DNA of 64,000 nucleotides from Eutreptiella sp. 'Long Island Sound 2002' (lineage: Eukaryota; Protista; Euglenida): assembly GCA_964036045.1 (NCBI GenBank), contig OZ038378.1, positions 11,284,001 to 11,348,000 on the forward strand, written 5' to 3'. Below, piece after piece: positions 13,590 through 62,531 of the stretch. A program made the translations under genes and the position numbers. The notes beneath the pieces were generated by a model. The model searched no databases. It saw nothing but the letters and a program-made list of their open reading frames with translations, and had not been told where the DNA came from. How positions within the stretch are numbered: the first letter of the stretch is position 1; each line of letters starts with the position of its first letter.

Positions 13590-13855
13590 CCAACAAAGGG
13601 GACAAAATCAGAATTGGCTACCTCGTCCCTGCCTTCTCGGGGGCCCAAGAGAGGGCGGAAATGCTACGTCACCCCTGCATTCTTGGGGATCCCCAAACAA
13701 AGGGGGACAAAATCAGAATTGCCTACCTCACCCCTGCCTTCTCGGGGGCCCAAAAGAGGGCGGAAATGCTACGTCACCCCTGCATTCTCGGGGATCCCCA
13801 AACAAAGGGGGACAAAATCAGAATTGGCTGCCTCACCCCTGCCTTCTCGGGGGTG
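13590..13855 (+). repeat. 105-bp tandem repeat, about 2.5 copies
   Basis: GACAAAATCAGAATTG recurs at 13601, 13706 and 13811. Confidence 0.85.
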
Positions 13856-14377
13856 ACAAGTAAAATATGGCACATCCCAAATGCACAAGAAGTGTTGAAA
13901 ACCCAGTTATGGAACAACAAACTTGTGGAAAGGGGCCAAAACTAGGATTTGAGTGTTTGCCGACACACAAAACTTTGCACTGTGGGCGCACTGCGGGCAA
14001 GGCGTTCCCAAGATTTTGATACTTTTCAATTGTCAACCATTTTGGAGAAACCCTCAATGCAACATCCTAGAAAATTGCCACTGTAGGCCTAGCTTGCGAT
14101 ACACCACCTAACTTCCCAGGCCACACTTGAAAGGATGACAGCCCCCTTTTGAGCGAAAAAATCCCAAACAAGTGGTGAACATCCCCCCCCCTCCCGCATC
14201 AGACTACAATCCACACCTTCTTGGATGTGGCACTGAGGCGGCAAGAGATACACAGCCACAGTTTTGGTTGTAGGTCAGGGGATGGATACACAGCCACAGT
14301 CCACACCCAAAAAGAGTGATTCATGTCCCGGATTCATGGTCACTCCGCCCCAAGCCATGCACGACCTTTCTGAACAC

Positions 14378-14746
14378 CTACCATGCCCCCTGTTGCCCCC
14401 AATCAGCTCCAAGGCACACCATTGGAATATTTGTTAGTGTACCACTCAGGTTTGCAACTTTGTGTTCTCCAAAATACCCGGTGCCAAAAGCGTGAGCATG
14501 CTGATTTTGGCCTACCTGTGCCCCAAAGATTTTTTGCCAGCACTCCGGCAAGTAAGTTCCCTGCAGAGCGTAAGAATCTGTCCTGGGTATTAGGCCTTCC
14601 AACGCATACACCGCAGCCTCCTCTTGTCCAGGCACAAAGCTGTATTTCAAGAACCTTTCGAAGCCTCTGTGGTACTTCTCTGTGAGCAGACAGGTTTTCC
14701 CTTTGAGGTCGCATGCATCTTGATAATGCTTATCAAGCAAGGCCAA
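14378..14746 (-). mobile_element. Possible decayed LINE APE endonuclease fragment
   Basis: CLLTEKYH...HAHAFG...IPMVCLGADW, loosely matching LxETH and LGGDWN motifs. Confidence 0.3.
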
Positions 14747-17700
14747 TGGATAGAATTGAGGTCATTGATGCCAAAACAGTCGTTGATTGTTGATTTGTGA
14801 GAGCGGCGGCAATTGTTGCGCTGATATTGTCGAGGGTAATCAAGTGGCCCCCGCAAAAAAGAAGAAAAAACAGCCGCAACCCCCCCCCCCCCCCCGGGGT
14901 ACCGAAATGGCCAAAAACGGCAGTGTGGGGTGTCTTTATCAGTCCTTTTCGGGGGGTGGGGGGTTATCACGCCCTCCAGGCTGTCTATGTCACCCGTGCA
15001 CATGTCTCCACCAGCATCTGTGTGATTATGCTGGTGCACACCCATCCCCTTGAACGGTCGTGGCAGTCTCAATTCCAACTCCTGCAGAGCCCGTCTTCTC
15101 AGCTGCTCCCTGAACACATGCAGCACTTAGTCCCGCTATATCCAGCTTCACCACCCCTCCACAGCAGCCGGCCGAGCAGTTTGAGCTCCTGCAAGGTGCA
15201 TCCCAGTGGAACCCTGGGTTTGTGTGCCTCCACATTCTGCCAGGTGGAGCGAGGGTCTGCAACGTGCCCAGTGTTCTGCACATTCGCCTGCAGGGCACCA
15301 CCATGGATGGCGCCACACGGTGCCCTAGGGAGCAGGGCAAACACTATTTCTTTCTGCCCAAAGGCAGGACTGCTGGTTTCTGCCCAAAGGCAGGACTGAC
15401 AGGATGGAACGGGCATTCCAAGGCAAGCAGTCTGCAAAAGGTTGTTGAAGAATGCTGGTTCCTATGTACAGACATCTGTCGTTTTATTGACATCCTTCAC
15501 CCCAAAGAAGGTGAATTGGATAGTAGACAAATAACATTGGTGCATATATATGTATATATATGTGGTTCCAAGTGCACCAGACAGAACCACCCAGGTTCAA
15601 GGTACAGCTGTAGCAGAGAGGTGACTAAATCACAATACAGAAGAGCTATTTACAGAGATGGATTGTGCCTGCAAGTGTTGTATGACCAGATGATTTTGTC
15701 TGAGCGGAGACAAAAGGTCCGACGACATCAACTCCAGTGAGGCACTCCAGGCCATAATACAATAACCCTCACCTAACCTTCACCTCCACCACAGATAAAA
15801 GAGTTTGTTGTCCTTGTTCCACGCCGCAGTTCTCCCACACAAAAGACTGATGGCATGTTTGTGCGGTACCAACAGCTAGTAGCAGTTGCCTGAAAATGGC
15901 TTTTGAGGTAAATCTACAGCAACAGTGTGCACTCAATCATAGACAGACGACCTTGACTCCTTTAGAATACCATTGCTGTACAGTGTGCCTGTTTTGCATT
16001 GTTGGATGCCAATGAAATAATCTGGGTCCTCCTCGTCATACCTCAGTGCCTTCTTGACCTCTGGGATGGCCTTCTCGGCACTCTGCTTCGAATTGAATAA
16101 GCCATGAACCATGATCCGCCCACCTGAATGAGGCGCCAACAATCAAAGGAAGAGGGTGCCATGCAGTGCACACAACAATGTCATCCTGAAAGCCGAAAGC
16201 TCTCCTTTCGAACGAGATTTCATGGTAGAAGGGGTGGTTGCCTCACTGGCTGGGCTGGCACATGCTTTCACCCCAGTGCAACATTGGGTTTTATCAAACA
16301 GGGACGAAAAGTCTCCCATCCACAGGTTCCCTGTGATGCGACCGGCGAGTACACAGAGGAGCATGGACTCACAGTGAGCGTCCACTAGCATATCCTGGCA
16401 TTCCGGTTCTTCCAGAGGTTGATCGGCCTGTCCTGCCACCTGGACCTGACAGATCAGTTCTTCGATGGGCCTGGAGAGGGTGTATGGAACGACCAAACCA
16501 CTGCTGACTACCTGTCTATTGTTCGATGATGTACACACTGCACAAGAGGTAGGGAAATGTGCACCAATGACGGTACTGAGTCCCATTGCTTTGCTGCCCA
16601 CCCTGAAATCAAAAACTGAAGCAAAATTGAAACATATACTGGGATGTGTGTGTGCGCGGGTGTGTGGGTAAGGACAATATTAAAGAGGGAGACCCGCATG
16701 GGTCCAGGGCCCCCGTGGTCGCCATCAAAATTCAGGCCAGCGCGCAGGGACCTGTCTACTGTCCTGTCTGGCGCCCACTGGGGTCGCATCTGAGGGCCTC
16801 GCCTGGGCCAGAACCTCTGGAGGGGTGGGGTTTATGTAACCTCTGTGCCAGCACGTCCGTGCCTGGCAGCTTCGCGCAGCCTCACACATATCCGCTTGGC
16901 GGGGGGGGGGGGGGAGAGGGTCAGGGTGCGCCCTTCCTCTCTTGTAGGCCCATGTGCCGCCCGCTGCCAGCGGCTGTGGCCGCTTGGGTCGCTTAGCTGA
17001 AGGGGTCCCCCCCCTCCCTGGGGTGCGCAACCCTGCCGCTCTCACCCTGCCCAGTGGCCCAGGCGACGTAGTGGGGAGGGGGGGATGCCCAGCGTGGCGT
17101 CTGGCACGGCAGTGCCGTACCCCCCTGCCGACCGCAGCGCACGTGGAGCATTGTCTGTGTTGATGCGCAACGCACAGCCATAGCCGCGGGAGTCGTGTGC
17201 GCGGGTGTGTGGGTGCATGTGTATGTGGGGGAAGCACCATATTATAGAGGGCATCTGCCAATTGAGGTCCCGGACCCCAATTCTAACCCTAGTCAAGACT
17301 CAATATTGGGACCTAGCTGGTGGGGGAAGGAACATCAGGTGCACGAGTAAAGATGGGCTCAAAAAAGGCATAATGCGTCCAGACCTTTGCTTAGCAACGG
17401 GGGGGCGGGGGGCGGGGGGTCCCTCTGGGGCTGCCTCAGGACCAGGCAGCCCACCCACCCACCCACCCACCCACCCACCCAAACCCCCCCCTACCCCACC
17501 CCCATAGGGGGGGGGGGGGGGGGCTCTGTGCTGTGGCAATCAGCTGGTAACACAAAAACCCTGTGTATTCCCCCCCAAAAAAGTTTGTCCTTCAGTCACT
17601 ATGCGATCTGTGAACAGCAGTATGGCAGAAACTACAGTTACCCTAGTGGTAGATCATTGCGCTGCCAACCATGCAAAAGGCCAGTTCAATCCCTGCTGCT

Positions 17701-17959
17701 GCAGACCGGAAATTTTTGCCACTTTTAACCACCATTCTCTTGGTGAAAATTGTGTTCTCATGGACAAACAAAGGCTGTTGGACCATTCTTCAACCCACCC
17801 ACCCACCCACCCAGACCCTACCCCCCCCCCCCCCACCCCCCGCCCCCTGCCCCCTAAAGGGGGGGGGGGGGTAGGCACTTTGGGCCAAATTGCCCCACCC
17901 ACCCACAGGCCATAGACCCACCCACCCACCCCCCGCGCGGTGGGACTACCCTGAAGCAA

Positions 17960-18860
17960 AGGTCTAAATGGGTCAAAAGTAGCTGAAAATAGCTTAAAAT
18001 CAACTGTTTGAGCATCTCAAATGATCTACGATCACTTTTGGAAAAAATATGTTTTCGACTTCTTTGCCCCCTTTTCAGCACTAATATAGCCCTTTTTAGG
18101 CTTTTTGGGAACTTGCATGGGGGTAATTTGGGTTGAAAATGGCTCAGAATAGCGCAAAACCACTTGTTTATACATCCCAGCTGGTCTAGGAATAACTTTG
18201 GGAATGGGCCACTTTTTGACCCACGGGTAAACCCCCCTAACCCTATCTGAGCACATGTGTAGTGCACCACTCTGTGGTGCAAATGGAGCATTGAAGGGTG
18301 TTGGTGGTGCGGAAATAGCTTGCAACCATTTCCATCCGGCATTATTTGTCAGCATATGGGTGCCCAAGGTAATACATGGGAATCAAACACAGCAAATGAA
18401 GAAAGAAAGGTGTCACATTTCAGAGATTACTTTCAAGACCATTTTTGGCCATTTTAAAGGCTTTTTGGCAACGTGCATGGGCTGGTATGGGTTGAAAACA
18501 CAACCTCAAATCACTTGTTTGACCATCGAAGTGGTCTGGGAACAAAGTTGGAAATAATCATTTTGGACCACTTTTTAACCCGCAGGTGACCCCCGCCAAC
18601 CCTACCATGCGCGCGGTGCACCACTCCATGCTGCCCTTGGGCCATTAGGGCGTGCTTGCAGTGTGGAAATAGCTTGTAAGTGTTCCCATTCACCATTATT
18701 CATCACCACAAGGGTGCCCGAGGCAATACATAGTGATCCAAGAAAATGAATGAAGGTGGGACTTGAAAATGTAACAAAAGACCTCACTATCCAAGTTGAT
18801 TTTTGGGTACTTTGCTCCAAAAAGGGGTCGTTGAGCCCACTTCCCGGGTGCAAAAGCCAC
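17960..18860 (+). repeat. Degenerate satellite with about 360-bp period; related copy at about 51770-51990
   Basis: GGGTTGAAAA...ACCACTTGTTT...GTGGTCT(A/G)GGAA...TTTTT(G/A)ACCC recurs near 18130, 18490 and 51800. Confidence 0.65.
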
Positions 18861-21800
18861 TAGACAGTGCCCCAATGTGGTCATCTAGGTTGGTTGCAAT
18901 GCAATGCAATGGCCCCCTCCATGGACATCCTAGAAAACCAAAACAGCAAAAACATGGATCCTGGCCGCCACTTTTGAGTTTGTTGCTCAGACTTTGTGTG
19001 ATTGTACTTCATACCTACAGGTACCATCCACCAAAAGTTGGGCCAGATACGACCCACCATGATAGAAATCTGATGCTTTCCCATTTCGTGTGTGCTTGCT
19101 GCTGCTTGCTTGCTTGCCAAAAAGGATAGCTCCACCCTAGACCCTAAAGAGGGCAAAAAAATATTACTGCATCGCGGTGACCCTGACCATACCATAGACG
19201 AAAGCCCTCATGAGTCTGGATGGAGTGCGGCTGAAAGACCCATAACCAACGGCTGTGCGACCTGTCTTGGGGAGGTGGTCGCACGGCGTAACAATGTGCT
19301 CCCCGGCACCTGTACCCTTGCCTGGGCAAGAACCACTTGGGAGGGGTTGCTTTGGTGCATTCCGTTCATACGAGGCTGCCCCACCTGATGCCCTCTGAGG
19401 CACAGTTCTCTTGCCGCAGGGGAAGGGAGCAGGGGCCACGAAGCAACGGATACTCAGCTACCGAATGCCCCCGTGTCACAGGAAGGGAGCAGGGGCAAGG
19501 GGGGGGGGTGCGTCCCTCCCTTGCTTGGAGTACTGCACTTCGCTGGCCTCCATGACCACGAAGGCAGCAGTGGGGGTTTTTGGTGCTTTGGAGCTAGTAT
19601 GCCCCCGAGGTGTGCAAGAGCTCACCGCTGCAGTCTGCCCAGCACCACTTGGCCTGCAGCGGGGTACACAAAGTCCGTGGGTGTCCCACGCGGCCTTTGG
19701 CGTAGCAGTAGCGCACACCCCTACCCACCGCTGTGCGCTGCACACTGCCTATGCTGGTCTCACTAGCAGATCCACGGCGGGTGTAGCCTACGCCGGGTCT
19801 CACGGGGGAGACGACAAACTGGGACACCTCCAGGAGCCCTCCACAACCAGTGGAGGCGCTTAGCAGTCAGTGGCAAAATGACTCACCAATCGCTGAGCTT
19901 CTTTGGCTCTTAGCTTCTGGCCCACCGCACTTCATTGTGCGCCTGCAGGCGATGCAGGGGGTGTGCCACCGCCTACAGCTTGGTGAAGAGGGGTCGTCCC
20001 TCTACACCACTGACTATGCCTCCCCCATCAGGACCAGAGAGTGGCATCTATCGGTCATCTTCGCAGGAAAAATGGACTCTTGGCCTGCCGCCTTGCCCAT
20101 GAGAACGGCCCTTTCCTACAGGGACATGCCCTTCCCAAGCATCTGGCTTGCGGAGCCGGGGGCAGGGGTCTGGCCACAAAAGCCTCAAAATCCAAAGCTA
20201 GTTCCATGAAGGGACACCTGCTGGTGCCCACTTGGTAGGTTCTCCGCGGACGCCAGGTCGGCTAGCCACTCCAGGGCTGTCAGCCACCGCAGCATTGTGG
20301 GGAGGACGTCTGCACCCCACTTCCAATCCCTGTGGAATCCCACTGGTAACAGGAGTTGGTGTGTGTGCACGTGCCAATTTTGTCAATTGCCCCGCTGCGG
20401 GGGATGGTTGGTTCTGATAGACTGTTGGTGCCCGCCATAAACAGTTTCGGCCTTCAAGTCCAAGGTAACACATGTGTCCCCTCCTGGTTGGGGTAATCCA
20501 CTATCCATGTATAAATGCATAGTGTCTGGTTCATTGAGCCTAATTTCTGACCCCCCCCCCCCGCCCTTCAAAAGAGGTCCGGTGACCGTGGCCTTTACCA
20601 AACTCGCTGACATGTCATATTTTCGGTGAAATATTGCGGAAACTTGCTGGAAATTGCGAACCAGATATCCCCGCAGCGCAACGCTCAGTAATAGCATTAG
20701 GCATGGGCACGTTAGACACCTGCACCACCTTCCCCACACGCACAACGTTGCACATACCCCTGGTGCCCATTTGCCCAAACTGCTCACTGTACAACATGAA
20801 GAAGTTTTGGGGCTGTGTGGAATAACCGCAGCGGCCAAATACTTTGGAAACACCCCGTACTAGAAGCATGGCGTAGTCTATACATGAGCAGCAAGAGTCA
20901 CACTTACAGAAGCGGTCTCTGAAGCCCTCCTCTGATCCACATACCACAAAGCAGGGCCACATAGTGCTGGTGGTTGCATATAAGTTCCTCAAACATGCGT
21001 TTTACAACAGGCATTGCAACACGTTCCGGTGACATCCAACATGTTGGATCTTGTCTTCCATAACAGACTTCGAGGTGATAATACCGAAAGGAAGATTCAC
21101 TGAATACTCTGCCAGAAATTACTCAATGCCCTATGACCGTTGTATCATGGCTATGTCTGTGCTGTATAATCACCAAATGGGGGGAGTACTTGCGTTGTAT
21201 TATTGCAGCCTGTGCACCCGGAACATCCTGACTTTCAGCCCCTTCCAAAAACGGCGCCTCAGGAGAACAAATGCTTTGGCCACAAAACACCCCTCCTTCG
21301 TATAAACATAGCACAATCAAGAGCACAATACAATTCGCACCCACTTCATGATCTTGGAAATGGCCCTTACCCAGTCGTGGCCCTTTGCAGTCCCCAATAA
21401 GTACATCCACAGAGGTGCCGGGTGCGAGAGGACAAATCCAAACAACAACACAACACTTTTCCCGTACATGTTGCCAGATAGCTGTGCCGCGCACATGCCG
21501 CATCAGGTGCTCCCCGATGGTCGCCAGCCAAGCAACCCCATCCAAAGAGCTACCTTTTTGAGAGAGACAACTGACATACCCAAAAACCAGCCTCCCTTGA
21601 ACAATGCCAATTTCCTGACCCAAATTGTCCACAGGTACAGCACAATATTGACACAACCTCCCTACAAAACAACAAGACATCAACAAATTGAAATGAAAAG
21701 GCTTTGCTTTACGAAGTGGCGTGACCAAGATTGGTTGCCACTTAGGTGAGTTGCAGTTGTGACAATGACAAACATGGGGATCAAGCTATATTTGTGCTGC

Positions 21801-24800
21801 CCATCTGAAGCTTCGGCACACGAGGGCTTGCCCACGTTTCTCTCTTCCTTCAGCCCAAGACTGTACTCCATTACTTGCTTGTGCGGAGCCACTTGGCATC
21901 GATTGCTGCACGAGATTGTGTCCCGGGATTGCCCATGGGGCGATGGATAGGGGTAGGGTACATAGGGGTGTTAATCATAGGGGTGTTAATCATATGGGCT
22001 GCACACATAGAACTTTTAGGATGGTTGAGGAGGCTTTGTGTCACCCATTTTGCCGCCTATCTCTTGTGTGCAGCTATCCATTTCTCTTTTCCTGGTCTAG
22101 TTTTTTGTAGCAATGCCAGACATGCTGCCAGCTCACCGTGGGCGATCTTGTTCGAGGTCAGTCTCCTGGTTGCGGTCGTGTTCCAGGTCGCCCTCTGCAT
22201 CACACTTGCGTGTGAGGTCGCTCTCTACCTTGCGCTCCTGGTCAAAGAATATGAATGGCCCAAAATTGACGTGTGGTTAAATGTTTGACGGACGCATGCC
22301 TATGTACGCCCCGCAAAATGAAACCCCGTCCTTGATGCACTCTTGTGTCTCACATTTGGGTGGCACTGCAGTCAACAAATGGTGCAGAGCCTAGCCCCAT
22401 GTAGAGAAGTTTGTTTATCAAGTTGGCAACCATTTTTGGCTGCATATGTCCCAAGGAGACTTGCACCAGCCCTTGGCCTGGGCCCTGGCCTTGCTGGATG
22501 CTGAATGATTGGGTTCATGTCTTCCCGTCTGGGCTGTATCGAGGGTTGAGTTGATCCCAAGCTTGTTTGGCTTGTGAGCTGGGACATCACCTCAACTCAC
22601 CCAGCCCCAACACCCCAGTGCATGGAAGCCAGCAGACACTGCCGCATGGCAAGCAGTGGTGGCGCAGCGCTACACCACCAAGCACACCAGGGTGAGAGCA
22701 TGTCAACAATGGGTTGCAACATGTGCAAGGTCTGCATGCAGCATTCGGCCCATGTGTGCACCCAAAGGGCTGGAGGCGTCAATTGGAGAGGTGAGGGCGG
22801 CGAGAACTCTGTTTAATCTCTCTGAATTGCGCTTCTTTTGGCTGCCAAACGTCCTCGACTGGAGTTCGCAGGCGTGTCTTGTGAATGGCCCATATCTTTT
22901 CGTTGGGGTCTCATAATGGCAGCCATTCCCTAAATACCTTAGCAAACAGGATCATCAGCTTTCTCACATGGCCCAAGTGGCCTCCGCAAGCTCACTGCTG
23001 AGACAGTACCTCTTGACCAGGAGCAAGCAGAGCATCAGTCAGAAGAAGAGACTCAGTCACAAGCAGTGAATGCAACACACTGGACTGCCCCACAACGAGG
23101 CTCACATCATCCCCATCCTCAGCTAATTCATGATCCAAATTTGTGGCAAAATGGAGGCGTGCAGGGAAAACATTTCTCTCCCAGGCATTGATGTGCAGCA
23201 TTTCAACTCGAAACCCTCCTGCCGGTGTGCCAGTGCCACTCACCATTGCAGCATCATTGCCCCCGTGGCGTCCAATCCGCTGCCAACACTGCCGGGCTTT
23301 ACCAGCAGTCATTCCCAGGCCGTGGTATTTGGTGATGCAATACGAGGAGGGTTACATCTGGAGGGTGCCCTGCAGAGCCCCCTTGTCTCTCATAAAAACA
23401 TGTTGCAGTGACGTACACACTGATCTTGACCTCGCGATGCAAGCATCTCCCTTGTGCAGAAAGCAGCATTCCAAACATGCACCAAGTCAAAGAGTGTCTG
23501 CCGCATTCCCAACACAACATGATGTAATCACACCGCTGCCTTGTTCTGCCGCGCCTCACGACATCCTTGATCCCCAGGCTCTCAAAGTAAAAAATACGCG
23601 AGGCCGCATAACAGCTGAGTGAATACTGATGGGAAGGAAAAGAAGCAGCGGAGGAGTGAACCAGGGAAACACGAAGCACACTACAGCCCATTCACATGCA
23701 GTGCATATTGGTAACAAGAGGCCAATGAGCACCTCTGAAGCCATGGGTCATGCCAACATATGGAATAGAAATTGCACTGCAAAATTAGTTAGCGATTTCG
23801 AATTTTCACGTACACCAACCGGAACTATGCTATCAAACCAACCACCAGCAGGGGAACAGCTGGTGCGCGCACAGAATGCACGCGACATGATCAGAGTGCG
23901 GTCAAAGCTGTCCATCAAGCCCGGCTACGCAGCTGCGTCAGAGAGCCAGCAGTACATGGTGCTCTTTTGGCCTGCACCCAGTCACTAAGCCCAAGCGTAC
24001 GCAAGCACGCAGCTAGAGAGCCGAGCCGCACACGCGCACCAGGTCTCGACAGCATTGACGACCCTTCATCCCAGCGTGCCGCAGGCATCCAAACACCCAC
24101 CTTTTCCGAGGTGCTGTGTCACCGGCGCACCACGCTCCCGTGCGCCACCTGCCCCCGCTCTCACAAGCCGCGTGTTCAAAATGCCCGATACCAACGCACT
24201 TGGCGATTGTTTGGGTGGTCTGGATATGGGATTCGGGGGCTCGACACACTATTGGCGCGACAAACAGGCACTAGTCAATTTGACATTCCGAATGCTCGGA
24301 TCACATCAGGTGGGATCCCTGCACAACACGTCCCCTCTCCCGTGCACATGCACAGGAGAGGGCGGAAACGACAAAGGGCAGACAGGGCTTTGGTGCCTTG
24401 AAAACGCTGTGCAAGGGCAAACGTAAAAGGGCTAAAATGAAAAGCATCGCCTCAGTAATTGTGCGACACATATTGTGGGCGTAAAAAGTGCGACAAAGCT
24501 GTCCTCCGGCGCCTTTCAGTCATGTAGATGGTGGCATGGTGATCCGAAGGCACAACAGTAGGTCGGTCTCAGATGGTGGACATTGGACGCCCCTGCCGAG
24601 GAAACCCCACTTACCATGATACTCTTGGTCATGCACCAGCAATGCACGGGAGTCTGTTCTGTGAAGAAGATGGGAGGTGAGACATTGTCCTGCATGTCTG
24701 CAACGGTCTGCCAAACAAATGTGCCCGGCCCTCGCAGCATCAGCATCCCAGACCGTTGGTTTAATTTTGCACATGTGGAACCGTATTCCTGGAATTCCAA

Positions 24801-24922
24801 CATAAATCCTGAGTACAGTCAGTACAGCCATACAGTCGTGACATTTCTGTCACCTTGCATTGTGCACCCGCCTCCTGATACCAGATCAAGTCAAACTGAT
24901 CCAAACAGCTGGCAGGCACTGC

Positions 24923-24924
<2 letters not shown>

Positions 24925-24971
<47 letters not shown>
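24925..24971 (+). repeat. (TG)n microsatellite
   Basis: About 23 TG units. Confidence 0.95.
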
Positions 24972-24978
<7 letters not shown>

Positions 24979-27900
24979 CGTGTGCATGTGTGTTGGGGGG
25001 GGGGGGGCATAGCAAGGAGGGCATCTGCCTATTAGCCTGGACGCTGATGCGAAGGGGAAGGGAGAGGGTTAGCGGGTTAGAGCCTGCCCGAAGCGTGCCC
25101 TAGCCCACCCCCTGCGAGGACTGTACGCAAACATTGCCCTATGCAGCGACGCGTCGCATTTCTCCACCGGCATCAGCGCAATGCCCCGATGTAATGTGTG
25201 TTCGTGTGTGTGTGCACGCGCCAACTGTCTATGCCCTATCTGGGGGTGATTGCTTTTCAAGCGTGGTTTCGCTTTTGGGCAGCTTGTTCTGTCTGTGGCA
25301 ATACGTGGATGGTGTACCATAGATCGTGCGTTGAGCCTCTGGGCCCCTTGGTTGCTGTCCTTGTGGGGCAATGTTTGCCCGGCGCACGCCCGGCGCGCTA
25401 CTTTTCTATTAACTATCCCGACTTCAGCCCCAGATTTACCCTCTCATGGAGAAGCCCTCCAAGTAGACCACGTTGGACTGCACACCTTCCCGACAAAGCA
25501 CGTTGCATAATAGAGCAATAGCTGTGAATTCAACAACTCCAAATCATAGAAATCACCTCCGGTACGAGAAGGTCCATACCAATCCCAAATGAAAACATCA
25601 GCCGATGTCCCGGGGGCCAAGGGGCAAATCCATATAACATTGCCAACATATCAACGGCAACAGTCACCGTATAAACATGCGACACATACTTAGGATTCCA
25701 CAGGTCGGCACTCCATATCCCACCAATGGATCTGATGGGCATGGAGTCTGTGAAAATGTGAAAGAAGCATCAAAATACCCTTTTTCAAACAACAATAATG
25801 CCAATAGTATCCCAAAGTATGGGGTTCTAAGACGGCTAGACGTCCAAATAGTTGCACTGCGCGCGCACTGCGCTTAGTGCACCCCCTAAAAGGTCACCGG
25901 TGGGGCACGGGTCAAAAAAGATGCCCGGCGCGTGCCCGGCGCGCTAACGCTCCCCCTGTGTTGTATTTATGGAATGTCCTTCATGGGACTCTTGTTGCCC
26001 CGAATGTTGTTGATGTCGCCATCTCGCTCCAGATCTGGCAGGTCCCTTGGGACACATCACTTTTTCTTCCCTCTCCTCAGCCCACTCAACACTTTGGTGA
26101 AACCCGTGCACTCAATCATCTTCCCTTTATCGTCCCTTCCTCCTCCTCCCCTATCTCTACCACTGTCAACTCCGTGGGCGCTCTTCCGCCCCTGTTCTTG
26201 GGCGCAGCAAACCAGCGTACATGACAACAACGGAATAGCCTCCTTGAGGCTAGGGATGCTGCGGGAAAAAATGCGAAAATGGGGGTTTCAAATCGGGCGG
26301 GCACAGCCACTTGACCCACCTGTCCCTTGTCAGGTTTCTTCATGCAGAATGTCACACCTACAGTGGCTGGGCGATCTTTGTCTTAGCCTTTCTGTGGTCT
26401 TGGCTGGCAGCAACTCGTTCACCAACAAAGTTGATCGATTCCCACTCAATCCTGCTTCATACCAGCCAGGCATGGTACTATCAAGGCTTAACCTCTATCA
26501 GCACGTCTGAAATAAGGACAGGCCCTCTCGCCACAGAGACGGTCCTCAGCTCGTCGGTCTCAGCCAACTCGAGCTCCTGGCAAGACAGTTTAGGATCCAC
26601 AATAACACAGAAATGGCCACACATCACCAAACATGGGGTGGTCAAATTATTGTAGTCTGCAAGGCAGAGCTGATCCCACCGAAGTCCAGTGGTGATGCGA
26701 AATCTAGTCGGTCGGGTTCCTGGAAATTTCACCCATGTCGGAATTATTACAGGTCTTCCGTGATGCTGGCCCCAAATGCAAGCAGTCCATGTGGGGACCG
26801 GGGACCGGTCACACCAGCTCGAACCCACACTGTCTAATCCACTCCACGACCTCCCTCCCTGACCCTGGTTTGGGAAACAAGGAATTCATGCATGACGGCC
26901 AAATGGCACACAGTGTCGCCCGCCGATTGAGCTGGTCATCAGTCAAGATGGTTTCATCACACTGATCTCTCAACATGGCATGCAGAGCAAGGTCGACCCA
27001 CGAGAAAGGGCAAAGGATGCCCCTATGGGGAATTCTGCAAGCTTGACCTCCCACAATGCGACTCTACCAGAAGTGGTTGTTGGCAGTGGTCATGGGGCAG
27101 GCAATACAGGGATCAATTCAGGGACAGAAGACCAGTGCAAATGTATGGCCGTCACAGGAGCAATTCTAAATTTCACGCCGCTTCGGCATGCTGCAAAACC
27201 CCACCTACACAGGTCTGAAAACTCAGTGCTGCAGCATGCTTCGGTATGCCTCGGCATGCGGCAGCCATAGAGTGTTGTGCAAGCACGTACACGTGCGAGA
27301 ATCAGTTGAGACACGCAACAGTATGATGCAGGGTTGTGGCACACAATCGCATGCAAGCCCCACTGCCATGCGGACAATCGGGCCACATCATCACATCATC
27401 ACATCATCGCTCCGTTGACACACAGCATACGCCACAGCAACTGCAGCCCCGGTCTGGGTATGCGACCACAGGATGTGAGGATGAGGGCTTGCAAGCCTAC
27501 CCAAAGGGTAGCCTTGTTCACAGGCCCGATGCCTCATCGCAGATGGATACAGAGGTAGACGACTCAGGCGATCTGGCACGAGCGAACTATTCTTAGTCCC
27601 TTCCGGCTCGCGGGGTCACCACGGACACCCTAGCGCCCCAGGACGGATTAGCAGTGCGACTTATGGCCCACCGGAGGTTCGACCTCGGAACATCTTGGTC
27701 ACGTGTCACGTGAGGGTGTGAGCAGTTGAACGACGCGCCTCACTTACCACGGGATGCTACAGTGGACATGTTTTGGTTTGACAGGTCAGGGGCACTTCTT
27801 GAGGAGGTCATTTTGTTGCGGCCGGGCGTTGTGGCGGTGTGGATGGGGACAAATACTGTTGCCCATGATATGGCTGGTGTGCAAGGGGGGGGGGTGCGGA

Positions 27901-28345
27901 GGTGTGGCACATGCGCCAACAGAGCAGGATTGTCAGATAACCCCTTCCCCCCTCAGCCCCCCCCCCCGCCCCCCCGCCGTGGCTGATGGCCATGTGCCGG
28001 ACTATGCTCGGTGTGGACTCCGCCCACACGTTTCAACAACAAGGCCAGTCGACCAGGGACAACTGTCAATGACACGCTAACCGCCGGCCGCTAACGAGCC
28101 GCCTCGATTGCGAAACCGCCAACTGCCGTGCACATACCAAAAGGCAGCCCGCCTCCAGGCCCTTCGTCGGCGGGTTACTGACCGACACCCGTCGGCGACT
28201 CCGCCACAGCAGCTGTGCATCGATGAGGCCGTGGCGCGATGGTCGACTCACATCCCAAAGCCCCCACCCCCAAGCCCTGCCCCGGGCCGGCGCACCCGTG
28301 AGAAAGGGGGTCAGGGTTGGGGGGGGGGGGGGGGGCTGGTCCGGG

Positions 28346-62531
<34,186 letters not shown>

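Noticed and set aside
13590-13855. CRISPR-like array
   Set aside because: Head-to-tail 105-bp units with no unique spacers, in a eukaryotic context with no cas genes.
15900-16600. ORFs 15933-16142 and 16143-16601 as exons of a third gene
   Set aside because: No recognisable domain, no GC3 bias like the true exons, and no phase-consistent exon chain found.
19000-22300. Decayed tyrosine-recombinase or other retroelement ORFs
   Set aside because: Several 60-200 aa ORFs but no recognisable catalytic motif; cannot be supported without a profile search.
24625-24680. Exon-like cassette (CACAG|...ATG|GTAAGT on the minus strand)
   Set aside because: About 44 nt with good splice signals, but no partner exons or protein similarity could be linked to it.
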